NCBI GenBank assembly: GCA_964510165.1
Contig: CAZEBC010000009.1
Coordinates: 3,758-47,094 of the forward strand
Source of the DNA: an uncultured bacterium
Lineage (GTDB): Bacteria > Abyssobacteria > SURF-5
Direction of reading: 5' to 3'
Length of the DNA: 43,337 nucleotides
Shown here piece after piece: positions 8,829-17,804 of the stretch. Each line of letters begins with the position of its first letter. The first letter of the stretch is position 1. The position numbers and the translations under genes were made by a program. The notes beneath the pieces were generated by a model. The model was not told where the DNA came from. It ran no database searches and was given only the letters and a program-made list of their open reading frames with translations.

Positions 8829-11438
8829 TCACGATTTGCCCAAGACCCTGTCACGCAAGGAGATGAACAATTCCCTCGCCGACGCATTCCCAGGGTTGAT
8901 CGTGATTGCGCGTCGGCACGCCTCCAGAGCGGGTCCGAACATCTTTTTCTCAGTATATAATACGGCGAGGTTCGTATACAATACGTCGCTGTTGGGACTG
9001 GCGCCGAGGGCCTTCCGGAGAGTGACGTGCGCCTCGCCGAATCGCCCCAGCCTCATGAGTGAGACGGCAAGCTGGTTGAGCGCCTCGATGTCCTCCGGCC
9101 GCCGCATGAGATAAGCCTTCAGCCGCAAAACCTGCTCGTCAGGCTGAGGCGTAATCTCGATCGTATTTCCCATCATCACGCGCGTGCCCCCGTAGTACAC
9201 GCGATAATCGCGGTACGGTGATGCGCGGAGCGACAGGAAGTTGGAAAGGTATTTGATCAATGTGTCGAGGGCGTCCTCGAATCGGCCTCGTTGCTCAAGC
9301 ACCACGGCGAGACTGGCCAGACCTTCGACGAAATCGGGCTGTGCCTCATGAGCGCGTCTCAGCGCTTGCTCCGCGCCCGCCAAATCGCCTCGCGCCCACA
9401 GGCACACTCCCAGGTTGTTAAGCCGCTTCCATTCCGGCAAGCCGGATTCCAACCTATATGCCTCCGGATCGATAGACGGCCTCACCGCATACGTTCTGAG
9501 GGTCTCTTCGAGCATCGCCTCTCTCCACCGCTGCACACTCTTCGGAACATCTTCCTGAAGTGCCGAGATCAACGAGAGGTTGCGTCTGGCGTCCACATAA
9601 AACGGATGCGCTGCCGGTATCGCCTGAAGCGCTTCTTGTGCGCCCTTGAGGTTCGCGAGTCCCAACCGTGACAGCCCAAGCAGATAGAGAGCTTCCGGCA
9701 AGCCTGAGTCTGAGGAAAGCGCGGCAAGTGCGAGCCGTTCCGCGTCCTGCAGCCGATCACGGGCATAAGCAAACGCCGCGAGATAATACTCGTCGGGCAG
9801 GTCGCCGGGAACTCGTTTTCTCTGACCAAGAGTTCCTTCATCGACGTCAAAGACCAACCATGAGTAACCAATATAGTCAATTGGCTTGAAGGGGCGAAGC
9901 CAGCCGTGGATATCATCCGTCGAAAAACAATCCTGAAGGGTCGTCGCGTTGATGAGGATGCGACCCGGCACGGGCAGCATTCCCGGGTTCACTGTGAGCG
10001 GGACGTTCGAGCCACGCATGTATGCGCGCGCATCGTCGAAATTCTGTCCCCAGTCCAGGTTTGAGTCGGACAGCCATTTGTATCCGCTCTTCGGGCCGCC
10101 GGCAAGCGCGCTGAAGTATGCGAGATGATGCGGATGAATCCACAGCGAGGGCAACGCATACAATAGAACTATCAAGGCGAGACCTGCCTTTTTCCGCAAT
10201 GAGGAAGCCTGGGCCACTGCCGCCCCGCCAAAGATGAACAGAGGCGGAAGAGCCGTCATCACATATCGGAAGCCGGCGTGGCTCTTGCTGAGGAAGCTGT
10301 TTGCGGCCACGAGTGTGACGGCGGACCCAAGCAGGAGCGCTTCCGCCGTTCTGCGTCCGTCTCCGCCCGCGCGCGCAAGAGAAATCGCGGCCCATATCAT
10401 CAACGGCCAGAACATCATGGGCATCTTGAGGGCAAAGCATGCCGCATAGTAGTACCACCATCCCTGCGTCGAGCGCATGCCTGCCAGAAACGATGGATGC
10501 CCCAGTTCGGAGATTGATTTCTGCGCGTCATAGCCTCTCATGAACGGATAGGGAATCGGAACGGGAATCCATGAGGCAAGCGGACTGTCGGCCAGGCGGC
10601 CGAGCATGTTGCTCTGGTAATGATGCGCACCGAGCGGCGCAAGACTTCCGCTGAAGCCATAACCGATATTGAGCACGATGAGAGCGATGACAACAATCGC
10701 GCCGATGCCCGCGAAGACCCGTCCAAGCGGTTGGCATGCCGGCGTTCGCCCTGCGCGTTTCCTTAATACGTCGCGTACCACAAGGGTGCCTGTCAAAAAG
10801 GGCAGCAACAGGAACCAAAGCACCGCCGAGTATTTCGCAAGGAGCGCCAGCCCGAGGCACACGCCGGAGGCCGCAGCGGATCGCACGCGCCCCTCCTCCA
10901 GGAACCTCCAGAGGAAATAGAGCAAAAACAGGCTGAAGCATGCGTAGATGATGTCGGTGGTTACGAGCGATGAGTGCCCCAAAATATTGGAGTTGAATAG
11001 ATACAGCGCCAGCGCCAACGCGCCGCCCCACCCACCGTATAATGCCGAGGCCCACCAGAAGATGAGCCCCGCCGTCGCCGCCGAATAAACAAGCATTATC
11101 GTCCGCGCCCATCGCAGCCTCTGCATATCGCTTTCGAACTTGAATGGTTTGAGGAGAAACCCGTGTGTGTAGAACGAGAGCGGCGCGTGCACGACACTCA
11201 TCTCGGTCTGCCATCCCTGTCCTGCGGCGAGCTGCTGGCCGATTTCGAGGAACTTCATTTCGTCATAGGTGGGTGAGTAACGAGCTATATTGCTGAAACA
11301 AAGGGCCAGAAAGAAAAAGAGCATGCCGACGGCGATATAAGCCACGCTTTTCATGGGTGGCTTCGCATCATCGGCTGTACGTTGCCGGGGAGCCGCCGCA
11401 CCGGATAAGGCTATAGAGGAAGAGGACAAGTTCTTCAA
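8829..11438 (-). CDS. ArnT/PMT-like (GT39/GT83) membrane glycosyltransferase with multiple TPRs
   Basis: PTYDE, LVTTD, LGLALLAKYS, GWWYYY..K.P, GFRY, DSNLDWGQ; C-terminal TPRs. The TTG start overlaps the activase stop; alternative ATG at 11354. Confidence 0.82.
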   Translation of the reverse strand: MKNLSSSSIALSGAAAPRQRTADDAKPPMKSVAYIAVGMLFFFLALCFSNIARYSPTYDEMKFLEIGQQLAAGQGWQTEMSVVHAPLSFYTHGFLLKPFKFESDMQRLRWARTIMLVYSAATAGLIFWWASALYGGWGGALALALYLFNSNILGHSSLVTTDIIYACFSLFLLYFLWRFLEEGRVRSAAASGVCLGLALLAKYSAVLWFLLLPFLTGTLVVRDVLRKRAGRTPACQPLGRVFAGIGAIVVIALIVLNIGYGFSGSLAPLGAHHYQSNMLGRLADSPLASWIPVPIPYPFMRGYDAQKSISELGHPSFLAGMRSTQGWWYYYAACFALKMPMMFWPLMIWAAISLARAGGDGRRTAEALLLGSAVTLVAANSFLSKSHAGFRYVMTALPPLFIFGGAAVAQASSLRKKAGLALIVLLYALPSLWIHPHHLAYFSALAGGPKSGYKWLSDSNLDWGQNFDDARAYMRGSNVPLTVNPGMLPVPGRILINATTLQDCFSTDDIHGWLRPFKPIDYIGYSWLVFDVDEGTLGQRKRVPGDLPDEYYLAAFAYARDRLQDAERLALAALSSDSGLPEALYLLGLSRLGLANLKGAQEALQAIPAAHPFYVDARRNLSLISALQEDVPKSVQRWREAMLEETLRTYAVRPSIDPEAYRLESGLPEWKRLNNLGVCLWARGDLAGAEQALRRAHEAQPDFVEGLASLAVVLEQRGRFEDALDTLIKYLSNFLSLRASPYRDYRVYYGGTRVMMGNTIEITPQPDEQVLRLKAYLMRRPEDIEALNQLAVSLMRLGRFGEAHVTLRKALGASPNSDVLYTNLAVLYTEKKMFGPALEACRRAITINPGNASARELFISLRDRVLGKS

Positions 11439-12343
11439 CCGCCGCCTATTAAGACTGTAATGCCAGCCTCCTCAAACTTCTGTTTGATTGCCGCGAGTTC
11501 CTCGTCAGAGAAAGCAGTCAATCCAAGCGGCTCGAGACGGGAATCAATTCTTGCGAGCTTCGACTCGCCCATCTTATGATAGGGAAGAAGGTGGACTTTG
11601 CGCTGCTCAAAGACCCGAAGAAGGTCGACGATGGCGGCGATATTGTCATCGGTCGCGGTCATCCCGGGGATCAGGGGAACGCGGAAGACAATGTCTACCT
11701 TGTCCTCGACAAGTTTCTGCGCGTTCGCGATGATGCGCTTGTTGCTCATGCCGGTCACCCGCCTGTGGTCGTTCTCATCTATAACCTTCAGGTCAAAATA
11801 GATCGTGTCCAGATACGGCAGAAGCTTCTTGAATGAGTTCCAGGCGAATGCGCCGCAGGTCTCGATGACGGTGTTCAGCCCAGCCTCTTTGGCGGCCCGC
11901 AGAAACTCGAGCAAGAAATCGAACTGGAGAGTCGGTTCGCCTCCTGAGACGGTCACGCCACCGCCCGACTGTTCGTAAAAGGGCCGGTCGCGTTCGACGA
12001 CCTCGAGGAGCGAGGGCACGTCATACCATTTCCCTATGACTGTAAGCGCTTCGGCGTAGCAGACTTCGGCACATTTGCCGCACCGCTGGCACAGTTCGCG
12101 GTTTATGCGGCGGTTATCCTCGAACACGATGGCCCCGTTTGGGCACGCCTTCGCGCACTCACCGCATCCGATGCACTTATTCGCGAAAAAGGCGATTTCC
12201 GGGTTCGGGTCAATCGATTCCGGATTCTGACACCACCGACAACGCAACGGGCACCCCTTGAAGAACACCAGGGTGCGTATGCCGGGGCCGTCATGAACAG
12301 AATAGCGTTGAATATCGAAGATTACTGCTTTGTTTTCTGGCAA
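11435..12343 (-). CDS. Glycyl-radical enzyme activating protein (radical SAM, with 2x[4Fe-4S] ferredoxin insert)
   Basis: DIQRYSVHDGPGIRTLVFFKGCPLRCRWCQNPES, CIGCGECAKACP, CQRCGKCAEVC, SGGEP, LLPYH; AAGGAG RBS before the TTG. Confidence 0.93.
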   Translation of the reverse strand: MPENKAVIFDIQRYSVHDGPGIRTLVFFKGCPLRCRWCQNPESIDPNPEIAFFANKCIGCGECAKACPNGAIVFEDNRRINRELCQRCGKCAEVCYAEALTVIGKWYDVPSLLEVVERDRPFYEQSGGGVTVSGGEPTLQFDFLLEFLRAAKEAGLNTVIETCGAFAWNSFKKLLPYLDTIYFDLKVIDENDHRRVTGMSNKRIIANAQKLVEDKVDIVFRVPLIPGMTATDDNIAAIVDLLRVFEQRKVHLLPYHKMGESKLARIDSRLEPLGLTAFSDEELAAIKQKFEEAGITVLIGGG

Positions 12344-12366
12344 AATGGACTCCTTTCCGTGGGTTC

Positions 12367-12396
12367 ATGATAGCATTCTATCGTTTTCAGCGTCAA
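12367..12396 (-). promoter_or_regulatory. Putative sigma70 promoter for the activase-glycosyltransferase operon
   Basis: TTGACG-18 nt-TATCAT with a TGn extension, about 25 nt upstream of the start. Confidence 0.5.
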
Positions 12397-12398
12397 GA

Positions 12399-12428
12399 GG
12401 TTCGGCGGACCGCTGCGGGGCCGAAGCC
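12399..12428 (-). terminator. GC-rich hairpin just after the lpxK stop (possible weak terminator)
   Basis: TTCGGC...GCCGAA stem; only a short pyrimidine run follows. Confidence 0.3.
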
Positions 12429-12429
12429 A

Positions 12430-13533
12430 TCAGAAAACAGTAGGGGCGTTTCGCGAGGCGCTCCTGGAATCTCCGGAGGGACGGTTCAGCAGTTCGAGCT
12501 CAATTTCCAGCAGGTGGAAGTTCTCGGGGAGTGTGTCAATGGCAGGGAGTCTAACGCCGTCCTTCTCCGTCGTGATGATACAGTCGGCATGTGACTGTCT
12601 TGCCGATTGCCGTATGGTCTCGATATCGGCGTTATCGTACCAGTGATGGTCTGCGAAACGGATGTTTCGGACGATCTCCGCGCCGAGCCGCCTGAGCGTG
12701 TCCTCGAATGATTTCGGGTTTCCGATGCCGGAAAAGGCCAGCGCCTTTTTTCCGCGAATCGAGGCGCAGTCTCGCCCGTTTCCGTCCATGAGTGAAATCA
12801 GCTTAACCGGCCTGTGTCTGCTCTTCAGTATCTCTGCGTCCGGATTGATCTTTCGCAGACGCGATTCAGTCTCCGCGTGCTCGTATTCGTCCGCATGAGT
12901 GAGAAGGAACCGGGTCGCCCGCTTCAGGGCGGCGAGCGGCTCGCGCAGGAGTCCGCGCGGCAGGAGATGACCATATCCGAAGGGGTTGGCGCAATCAATG
13001 ACGACGACGTCTTCATCGCGCATGAGCGCGATATGCTGGAACCCGTCATCCAGCAGGATGGAATCGGCTCTGAACCGTTCGATGGCGAATTCGGCGCCCT
13101 TGATTCTGTCGGCGCAGACAACGACAGGCACTCCGGACAATTTCTTGGCCATGAGCAAGGGTTCGTCCCCGGCCTCCCTCGGAGAGACCAGCGCCTTTGC
13201 GCCATCGGAGACGACAAGCGGCCTGTCCATACGCGATAACCGGCCATAGCCCCGGCTCAGCACAACCACCCTTGCGCCAGATTCGGAAAGCCGCCTGCCG
13301 AAATAGATGGTTGCGGGAGTCTTGCCCGTTCCGCCTGCCGTGATGTTGCCGATGCTTATGACCCTCGCGTTGACTTTGGCGCGCCGGGCAAGCCCCAGAC
13401 TGTATGCGGCATGCCTTCCTTCGTACCCCATAAGGTAGAGTCCTGAAGCGAGCAAGAGCGCGGCGCGCGCGAAGCCTGAGCCAAGCCCTCGTTGTTCGCC
13501 GGATACAATCCGGATGTGGGATTCACGGTTCAT
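12430..13533 (-). CDS. lpxK: Tetraacyldisaccharide 4'-kinase
   Basis: ISIGNITAGGTGKTP, SRGYG, GDEP, LDDGFQH, LLPRGLLRE, FADHH, TTEKD. Confidence 0.96.
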   Translation of the reverse strand: MNRESHIRIVSGEQRGLGSGFARAALLLASGLYLMGYEGRHAAYSLGLARRAKVNARVISIGNITAGGTGKTPATIYFGRRLSESGARVVVLSRGYGRLSRMDRPLVVSDGAKALVSPREAGDEPLLMAKKLSGVPVVVCADRIKGAEFAIERFRADSILLDDGFQHIALMRDEDVVVIDCANPFGYGHLLPRGLLREPLAALKRATRFLLTHADEYEHAETESRLRKINPDAEILKSRHRPVKLISLMDGNGRDCASIRGKKALAFSGIGNPKSFEDTLRRLGAEIVRNIRFADHHWYDNADIETIRQSARQSHADCIITTEKDGVRLPAIDTLPENFHLLEIELELLNRPSGDSRSASRNAPTVF

Positions 13534-13550
13534 TGAGAAGCGACCATCGG

Positions 13551-14654
13551 TTACGGTCGGCGAATGAAGTTCTTGCCCGACAGTTGCTGCACGAGGCCCT
13601 TCAGTTCAAGGGTCATGAGGGCGCTTGCAGTCCGTGAAGCGGTCAGATTCAACTGCTCACAAACCTCATCGATGTGTGTCGGCGCCATCGAGAGGAGGTT
13701 GAAAACCTTTTTCTCGTCGGCCGACAGAGCCGCTTCAGCCCGTTTCGGCGGTTCCTCGGGCGGTTCATCACACGATATGTTTACGATGCCGCGCTCGATC
13801 TCGGTTATGATATCATACACGTTCTCGACGAGTTTTGCGCCGTCCTTGATGAGGCGGTGGCAGCCCTCGGAGTAAGGTGAAAACACGTTCCCGGGGACGG
13901 CGAACACCTCTCGGCCCTGCTCGATGGCAAGCCGGGCGGTTATCAGCGCTCCGCTCTTCCGGGGAGCTTCAACAACGAGCGTGCCGAGCGAGAGTCCGCT
14001 GACGATCCTGTTTCGCATCGGGAAGAAACCGGGGTCGGGCTGCGTGCCCATTGGAAGCTCCGAGATGAGCGCTCCGGCTGCAGGGATTTGCTCGAAGAGC
14101 TTCGCGTTGGCGCGCGGATACACCACGTCCACGCCGCAGCCGAGCACGGCGATTGTGCGTCCGCCCGCCTCGAGCGCACCCTTGTGAGCGGCTGCGTCAA
14201 CTCCATAGGCAAGTCCGCTGACCACGGTGACTCCGAGCCGCGCGAGGTCGCCAGCGAGCTTTCCGGCCGCCATTCTCCCGTAGTGTGTAGCTCTTCTGGA
14301 GCCAACTATACTGATTGAGTTCGCGTCTTCGGGATGGATGGTTCCCTTCACGTAGAGCAGAGGCGGCGGATCGTGAATGGTCTTCAGGCGCTCGGGGTAG
14401 TTCGGTGAGTTGTAGGTTATGACTTCGACTGCACGCTGGTCGAGAAGGAGGAGCGTCTTCTCAAGCTCGGCGGGCGAGCCGGCAGCCACTGCCTCGGCCA
14501 CGGCCGCGCTTACTTCGGGCGTTTGCCGGAGAGCCGAAGCCGGCGCCCTCAGGGCTTCGAGCGGACTCCCGAAGTGATCGAGGAGCTTAAAGAAAGTTTT
14601 CGGGCCGACGCCGGGAATCAGGCTCAGCTCAAGCCAGTGGCGGACCTCATCCAT
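13551..14654 (-). CDS. dprA: DNA-processing protein DprA
   Basis: IVGSR, VSGLAYGVDAAAH, FPMRNRIVSGLS, SGALITA, GREVFAVPG; C-terminal winged helix (LELKGLV). Confidence 0.96.
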   Translation of the reverse strand: MDEVRHWLELSLIPGVGPKTFFKLLDHFGSPLEALRAPASALRQTPEVSAAVAEAVAAGSPAELEKTLLLLDQRAVEVITYNSPNYPERLKTIHDPPPLLYVKGTIHPEDANSISIVGSRRATHYGRMAAGKLAGDLARLGVTVVSGLAYGVDAAAHKGALEAGGRTIAVLGCGVDVVYPRANAKLFEQIPAAGALISELPMGTQPDPGFFPMRNRIVSGLSLGTLVVEAPRKSGALITARLAIEQGREVFAVPGNVFSPYSEGCHRLIKDGAKLVENVYDIITEIERGIVNISCDEPPEEPPKRAEAALSADEKKVFNLLSMAPTHIDEVCEQLNLTASRTASALMTLELKGLVQQLSGKNFIRRP

Positions 14655-14691
14655 AGAATCCGTTGGGCCGTCGAGCGAACGCCGACCGCCC

Positions 14692-15759
14692 TCAGATCAA
14701 GCCGCGCAACCTAAGCGACAGGTCTTTCGGGCTGGTGGCAAACGCCAGGGCCGTCTCTTCAGATATTTCCTCAGCCTCCCAGAGTTCATACAGGTGCTGA
14801 TCGAAAGTCTGCATCCCATAGGCCGAGCGTCCCTCGATCATGAGGGAGATTATCTGGTAAGAATCGGCCTGCATCTTGATGCGCTCCTTCACCAACTGGG
14901 TTCCGATGAGCACCTCGACGGCGGCAATACGGCCGGCGCCCGATTTGCGCGGCACGAGACGTTGCGAGACAATCGCCCGTATGCAGGTCGCAAACTGATT
15001 GCGGACCTGCTGATGCTGAGAGGGCGGAAAAAAGTCGGTGATTCGCAGGACGGTGTCGGCGGCATCGGGCGTGTGGAGCGTGGATATGACCAGGTGCCCG
15101 GTCTCAGCCGCCTGCATCGCCGCGAAGACCGTCTCCGCGTCGCGCATCTCGCCCAACATTATAACATCTGGGTCCTGCCGAACAACAGTCCGCATGGCTT
15201 CGGCGAAGCATTTCGTGTCCGATCCTATCTGGCGTTGAGTGACCATGCCTTCCTTGTCGGAATGCACGAACTCGATTGGGTCCTCTATGGTCACTATATG
15301 TCTTGGGAAGCGCGAGTTTATGAATGAGATCATCGCGGCAAGTGTGGTGGATTTTCCACTGCCGGTCGGTCCGGTGACAAGCACAAGGCCACGGGGCGTC
15401 TTGCAGATTTCCTCGAGAACGAGGGGAAGCTTGAGTTCGCGTATCGAGGGGATTTCGAATGGGATGAGGCGGAACACAATCCGTATGTTGCCCATTTCCT
15501 TGCTCAGATTGACGCGGAACCGGGACAGTTCCGGTACGGCGTATGCAATGTCCAGTTCGAAACGCTCATCGAACGCTCTGCGCTGTTGCGGGGTCAGAAT
15601 CTGTTCGAGAATCTCGTCAATTTCCTTCTTGGTGAGCGGCGAATAGTCCAGCCTGCGCAGGTCCCCGTCAAATCGGACAACGGGCGGATTCCCAGCCTTG
15701 AAATGGATGTCCGAACCGCACTGGCCGACCACGGTATGAAGCAAGGCATGCAGATTCAT
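14692..15759 (-). CDS. pilT: PilT/PilU-family type IV pilus retraction ATPase
   Basis: GPTGSGKST, TIEDPIE, LGEMRD, TGHLVISTLH, GMQTFDQ; GGGAGG RBS at 15767-15772. Confidence 0.88.
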   Translation of the reverse strand: MNLHALLHTVVGQCGSDIHFKAGNPPVVRFDGDLRRLDYSPLTKKEIDEILEQILTPQQRRAFDERFELDIAYAVPELSRFRVNLSKEMGNIRIVFRLIPFEIPSIRELKLPLVLEEICKTPRGLVLVTGPTGSGKSTTLAAMISFINSRFPRHIVTIEDPIEFVHSDKEGMVTQRQIGSDTKCFAEAMRTVVRQDPDVIMLGEMRDAETVFAAMQAAETGHLVISTLHTPDAADTVLRITDFFPPSQHQQVRNQFATCIRAIVSQRLVPRKSGAGRIAAVEVLIGTQLVKERIKMQADSYQIISLMIEGRSAYGMQTFDQHLYELWEAEEISEETALAFATSPKDLSLRLRGLI

Positions 15760-15813
15760 GACTCTTCCTCCCGGCAATCGGTGAAACCAGAAAATTCATC
15801 GTATGAAAGAAGG

Positions 15814-15829
15814 AGCAAGAGATATGCCA
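15814..15829 (-). promoter_or_regulatory. Sigma54 (-24/-12) promoter upstream of pilT
   Basis: TGGCAT-ATCTC-TTGCT versus consensus TGGCAC-N5-TTGCW; exact GG-N10-GC spacing; intergenic and correctly oriented. Confidence 0.7.
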
Positions 15830-16798
15830 CTACGTTTCGAGTTCGCGACAAATACGCACGATCTCACTGGCGGTCTTGGCGTGGTTGATCTTTTCCCTAG
15901 TAATTCCGGCATTTTCTAGCCCTTTGATGTACCATCCGGCGTGCTTGCGCATCTTGAGGGCCGCCCGATGTTCGTCTTCGTATCGGGCCAAAAGTGTACA
16001 CTGTTCAACCATCATCTCCACTTTCTGCCGGGCGGAAGGCTCCGGCGGCAGGACTCCGGTGTTCAGCAGCGAGAGGGTTCGACTGAAAATCCAAGGGTTC
16101 CCCCGTGCGGCGCGGGCGATCATGACAAAGTCACAACCCGTCTGCCTGAGCATGGCACGCGCATCTTCCGGCGTTCGAACATCCCCGTTGCCAATGACCG
16201 GGATGGTTATAACCTTCTTTAACTCAGCGATCAACTTCCAGTCGGCCTCTCCGGAGAAAGCCTGGGTTTTGGTTCGCGGATGAAGCGTGACGGCCGATGC
16301 GCCCACGCGCTGGGCTTCGGCAGCGATTTCCAGCGCATTCATGCACTGTTCGTCCCAGCCGGACCTCAATTTGACGGTGACGGGCCGGTCGGTTGCGCCG
16401 ACCGCGGCGGCCACAATTTCGCCAGCCAGTTTAGGGTCTCTAAGCAGCATGGCGCCGCCCGCGCTCCTGGCGACTTTGGGAACGGGACACCCCATGTTGA
16501 TATCGATGATATCGAAGGAAAAATCTTCCAGTATCCGAACGGCTTTTTCTATGGTCTCGGGGTCGCCACCGAATATCTGCACCGCGACGGGCCTCTCTGC
16601 GGGGTCGGTGACGAGAAGATCGAACGTTTTCTTGCTGCCGAGGCATAAGGCCTTTGCGCTTATGAGAGGGACATAAACGAGAGATGCCCCGTGCGATTTC
16701 GTGATCAGTCGGAAGGCGAGGTCGGTAATGCCGGACATGGGCCCGAGCACAGCCGGTCCGTTCAACCAGATATCCCCTATCCTTTTAGTTCGTTCCAT
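15830..16798 (-). CDS. dusB: tRNA-dihydrouridine synthase DusB
   Basis: PMSGITD, VQIFG, IDINMGCP, VTVKLRSGW, IGNGDV, GNPWIF, MRKHAGWY; start set at ATG 16798. Confidence 0.93.
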   Translation of the reverse strand: MERTKRIGDIWLNGPAVLGPMSGITDLAFRLITKSHGASLVYVPLISAKALCLGSKKTFDLLVTDPAERPVAVQIFGGDPETIEKAVRILEDFSFDIIDINMGCPVPKVARSAGGAMLLRDPKLAGEIVAAAVGATDRPVTVKLRSGWDEQCMNALEIAAEAQRVGASAVTLHPRTKTQAFSGEADWKLIAELKKVITIPVIGNGDVRTPEDARAMLRQTGCDFVMIARAARGNPWIFSRTLSLLNTGVLPPEPSARQKVEMMVEQCTLLARYEDEHRAALKMRKHAGWYIKGLENAGITREKINHAKTASEIVRICRELET

Positions 16799-17802
16799 AG
16801 CTCGGAGGAAAGTCGGAGGTTGGGCTCGGCGTTCAGCGTCATGTCGGCGACATATCCGGCCTTGTATCTGGAGCAGCCTGCCGCGGCAATCATGGCCGCG
16901 TTGTCGAGGCACAGAGCGGGAGGAGGCATAAAGATATCTGCGTCGACCTTGCGCTTTATCGCCTCTCTGACGACAGAGTTAGCCATTACGCCACCGCCAA
17001 GCGCAAGGCTTCTGTAGCCCGTCATCCGCAATGCGCGAAGGGCTTTCTCGGCAAGCACCTCCGCGACGGCCTCCTGGAAGCTTGCGGAGATATCGGCCAC
17101 CCTGTTGGTGACGCTCCCTGTCTTCTTCAGGTCGTCCAGACAGTACAGGACCGCTGTCTTGAGCCCGCTGAAGCTGAAGTCGAGTCCTGAATCCGACAAC
17201 ATGGGACGCGGGAAATAGAAGGCATCGGGATTGCCCGCAGCGGCGGCGCGTTCAATCGCCGGACCGCCCGGATAGCCAAGCTCGAGCATTTTGGCCACCT
17301 TATCGAAAGCCTCGCCTGCGGCATCATCGCGGGTGCGCCCGAGTATCTCATAATCAAGCGGGGCGCGGCACTCGATCAGATCGGTGTGTCCGCCGGAGGC
17401 GACGAGCGCGACGAAGGGGAACTCCAAGGGATACCCTGCCGCGATGTTCGCGAATATGTGGCCTTCAAGATGATGAACCGGAACGAGCGGCTTGTGTTTG
17501 ACAAACGACAGCGATTTCGCGAAGCTCAGGCCGACCAGCAGAGAACCGACCAGCCCGGGACCGGCGGTGACCGCAATGGCCTCAATCTGGTCGATCATGC
17601 ATTCCGCTTCGTCCAACGCTTTTCGATACATGGAGGCGATTACCCTGAGATGCGCCCTCGAGGCAATCTCGGGCACCACTCCGCCGAACCGCTCGTGAAG
17701 CGGAAACTGCGAGGCGACCTCATTGGAGATTATGCGTACACCGTCTTCGACAACGGCCACGCCGGTCTCGTCGCACGATGTCTCGATTCCCAGCATCAGC
17801 AT
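16777..17802 (-). CDS. tsaD: tRNA N6-adenosine threonylcarbamoyltransferase
   Basis: LGIETSCDET, GGVVPEIASRAH, HHLEGH, SGGHT, DDAAGEAFDK, FSFSGLKT, DNAAMIA. Confidence 0.97.
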   Translation of the reverse strand: MLMLGIETSCDETGVAVVEDGVRIISNEVASQFPLHERFGGVVPEIASRAHLRVIASMYRKALDEAECMIDQIEAIAVTAGPGLVGSLLVGLSFAKSLSFVKHKPLVPVHHLEGHIFANIAAGYPLEFPFVALVASGGHTDLIECRAPLDYEILGRTRDDAAGEAFDKVAKMLELGYPGGPAIERAAAAGNPDAFYFPRPMLSDSGLDFSFSGLKTAVLYCLDDLKKTGSVTNRVADISASFQEAVAEVLAEKALRALRMTGYRSLALGGGVMANSVVREAIKRKVDADIFMPPPALCLDNAAMIAAAGCSRYKAGYVADMTLNAEPNLRLSSELWNELKG

Positions 17803-17804
17803 GA

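Noticed and set aside
8838-8849. RVLG at the extreme C-terminus of the GT next to the activase, resembling the glycyl-radical motif RVxG(Y/F/W)
   Set aside because: It is followed by K rather than an aromatic residue, has no Gly-radical domain context, and the TPR tail is probably extracytoplasmic and out of reach of the activase. Likely chance.
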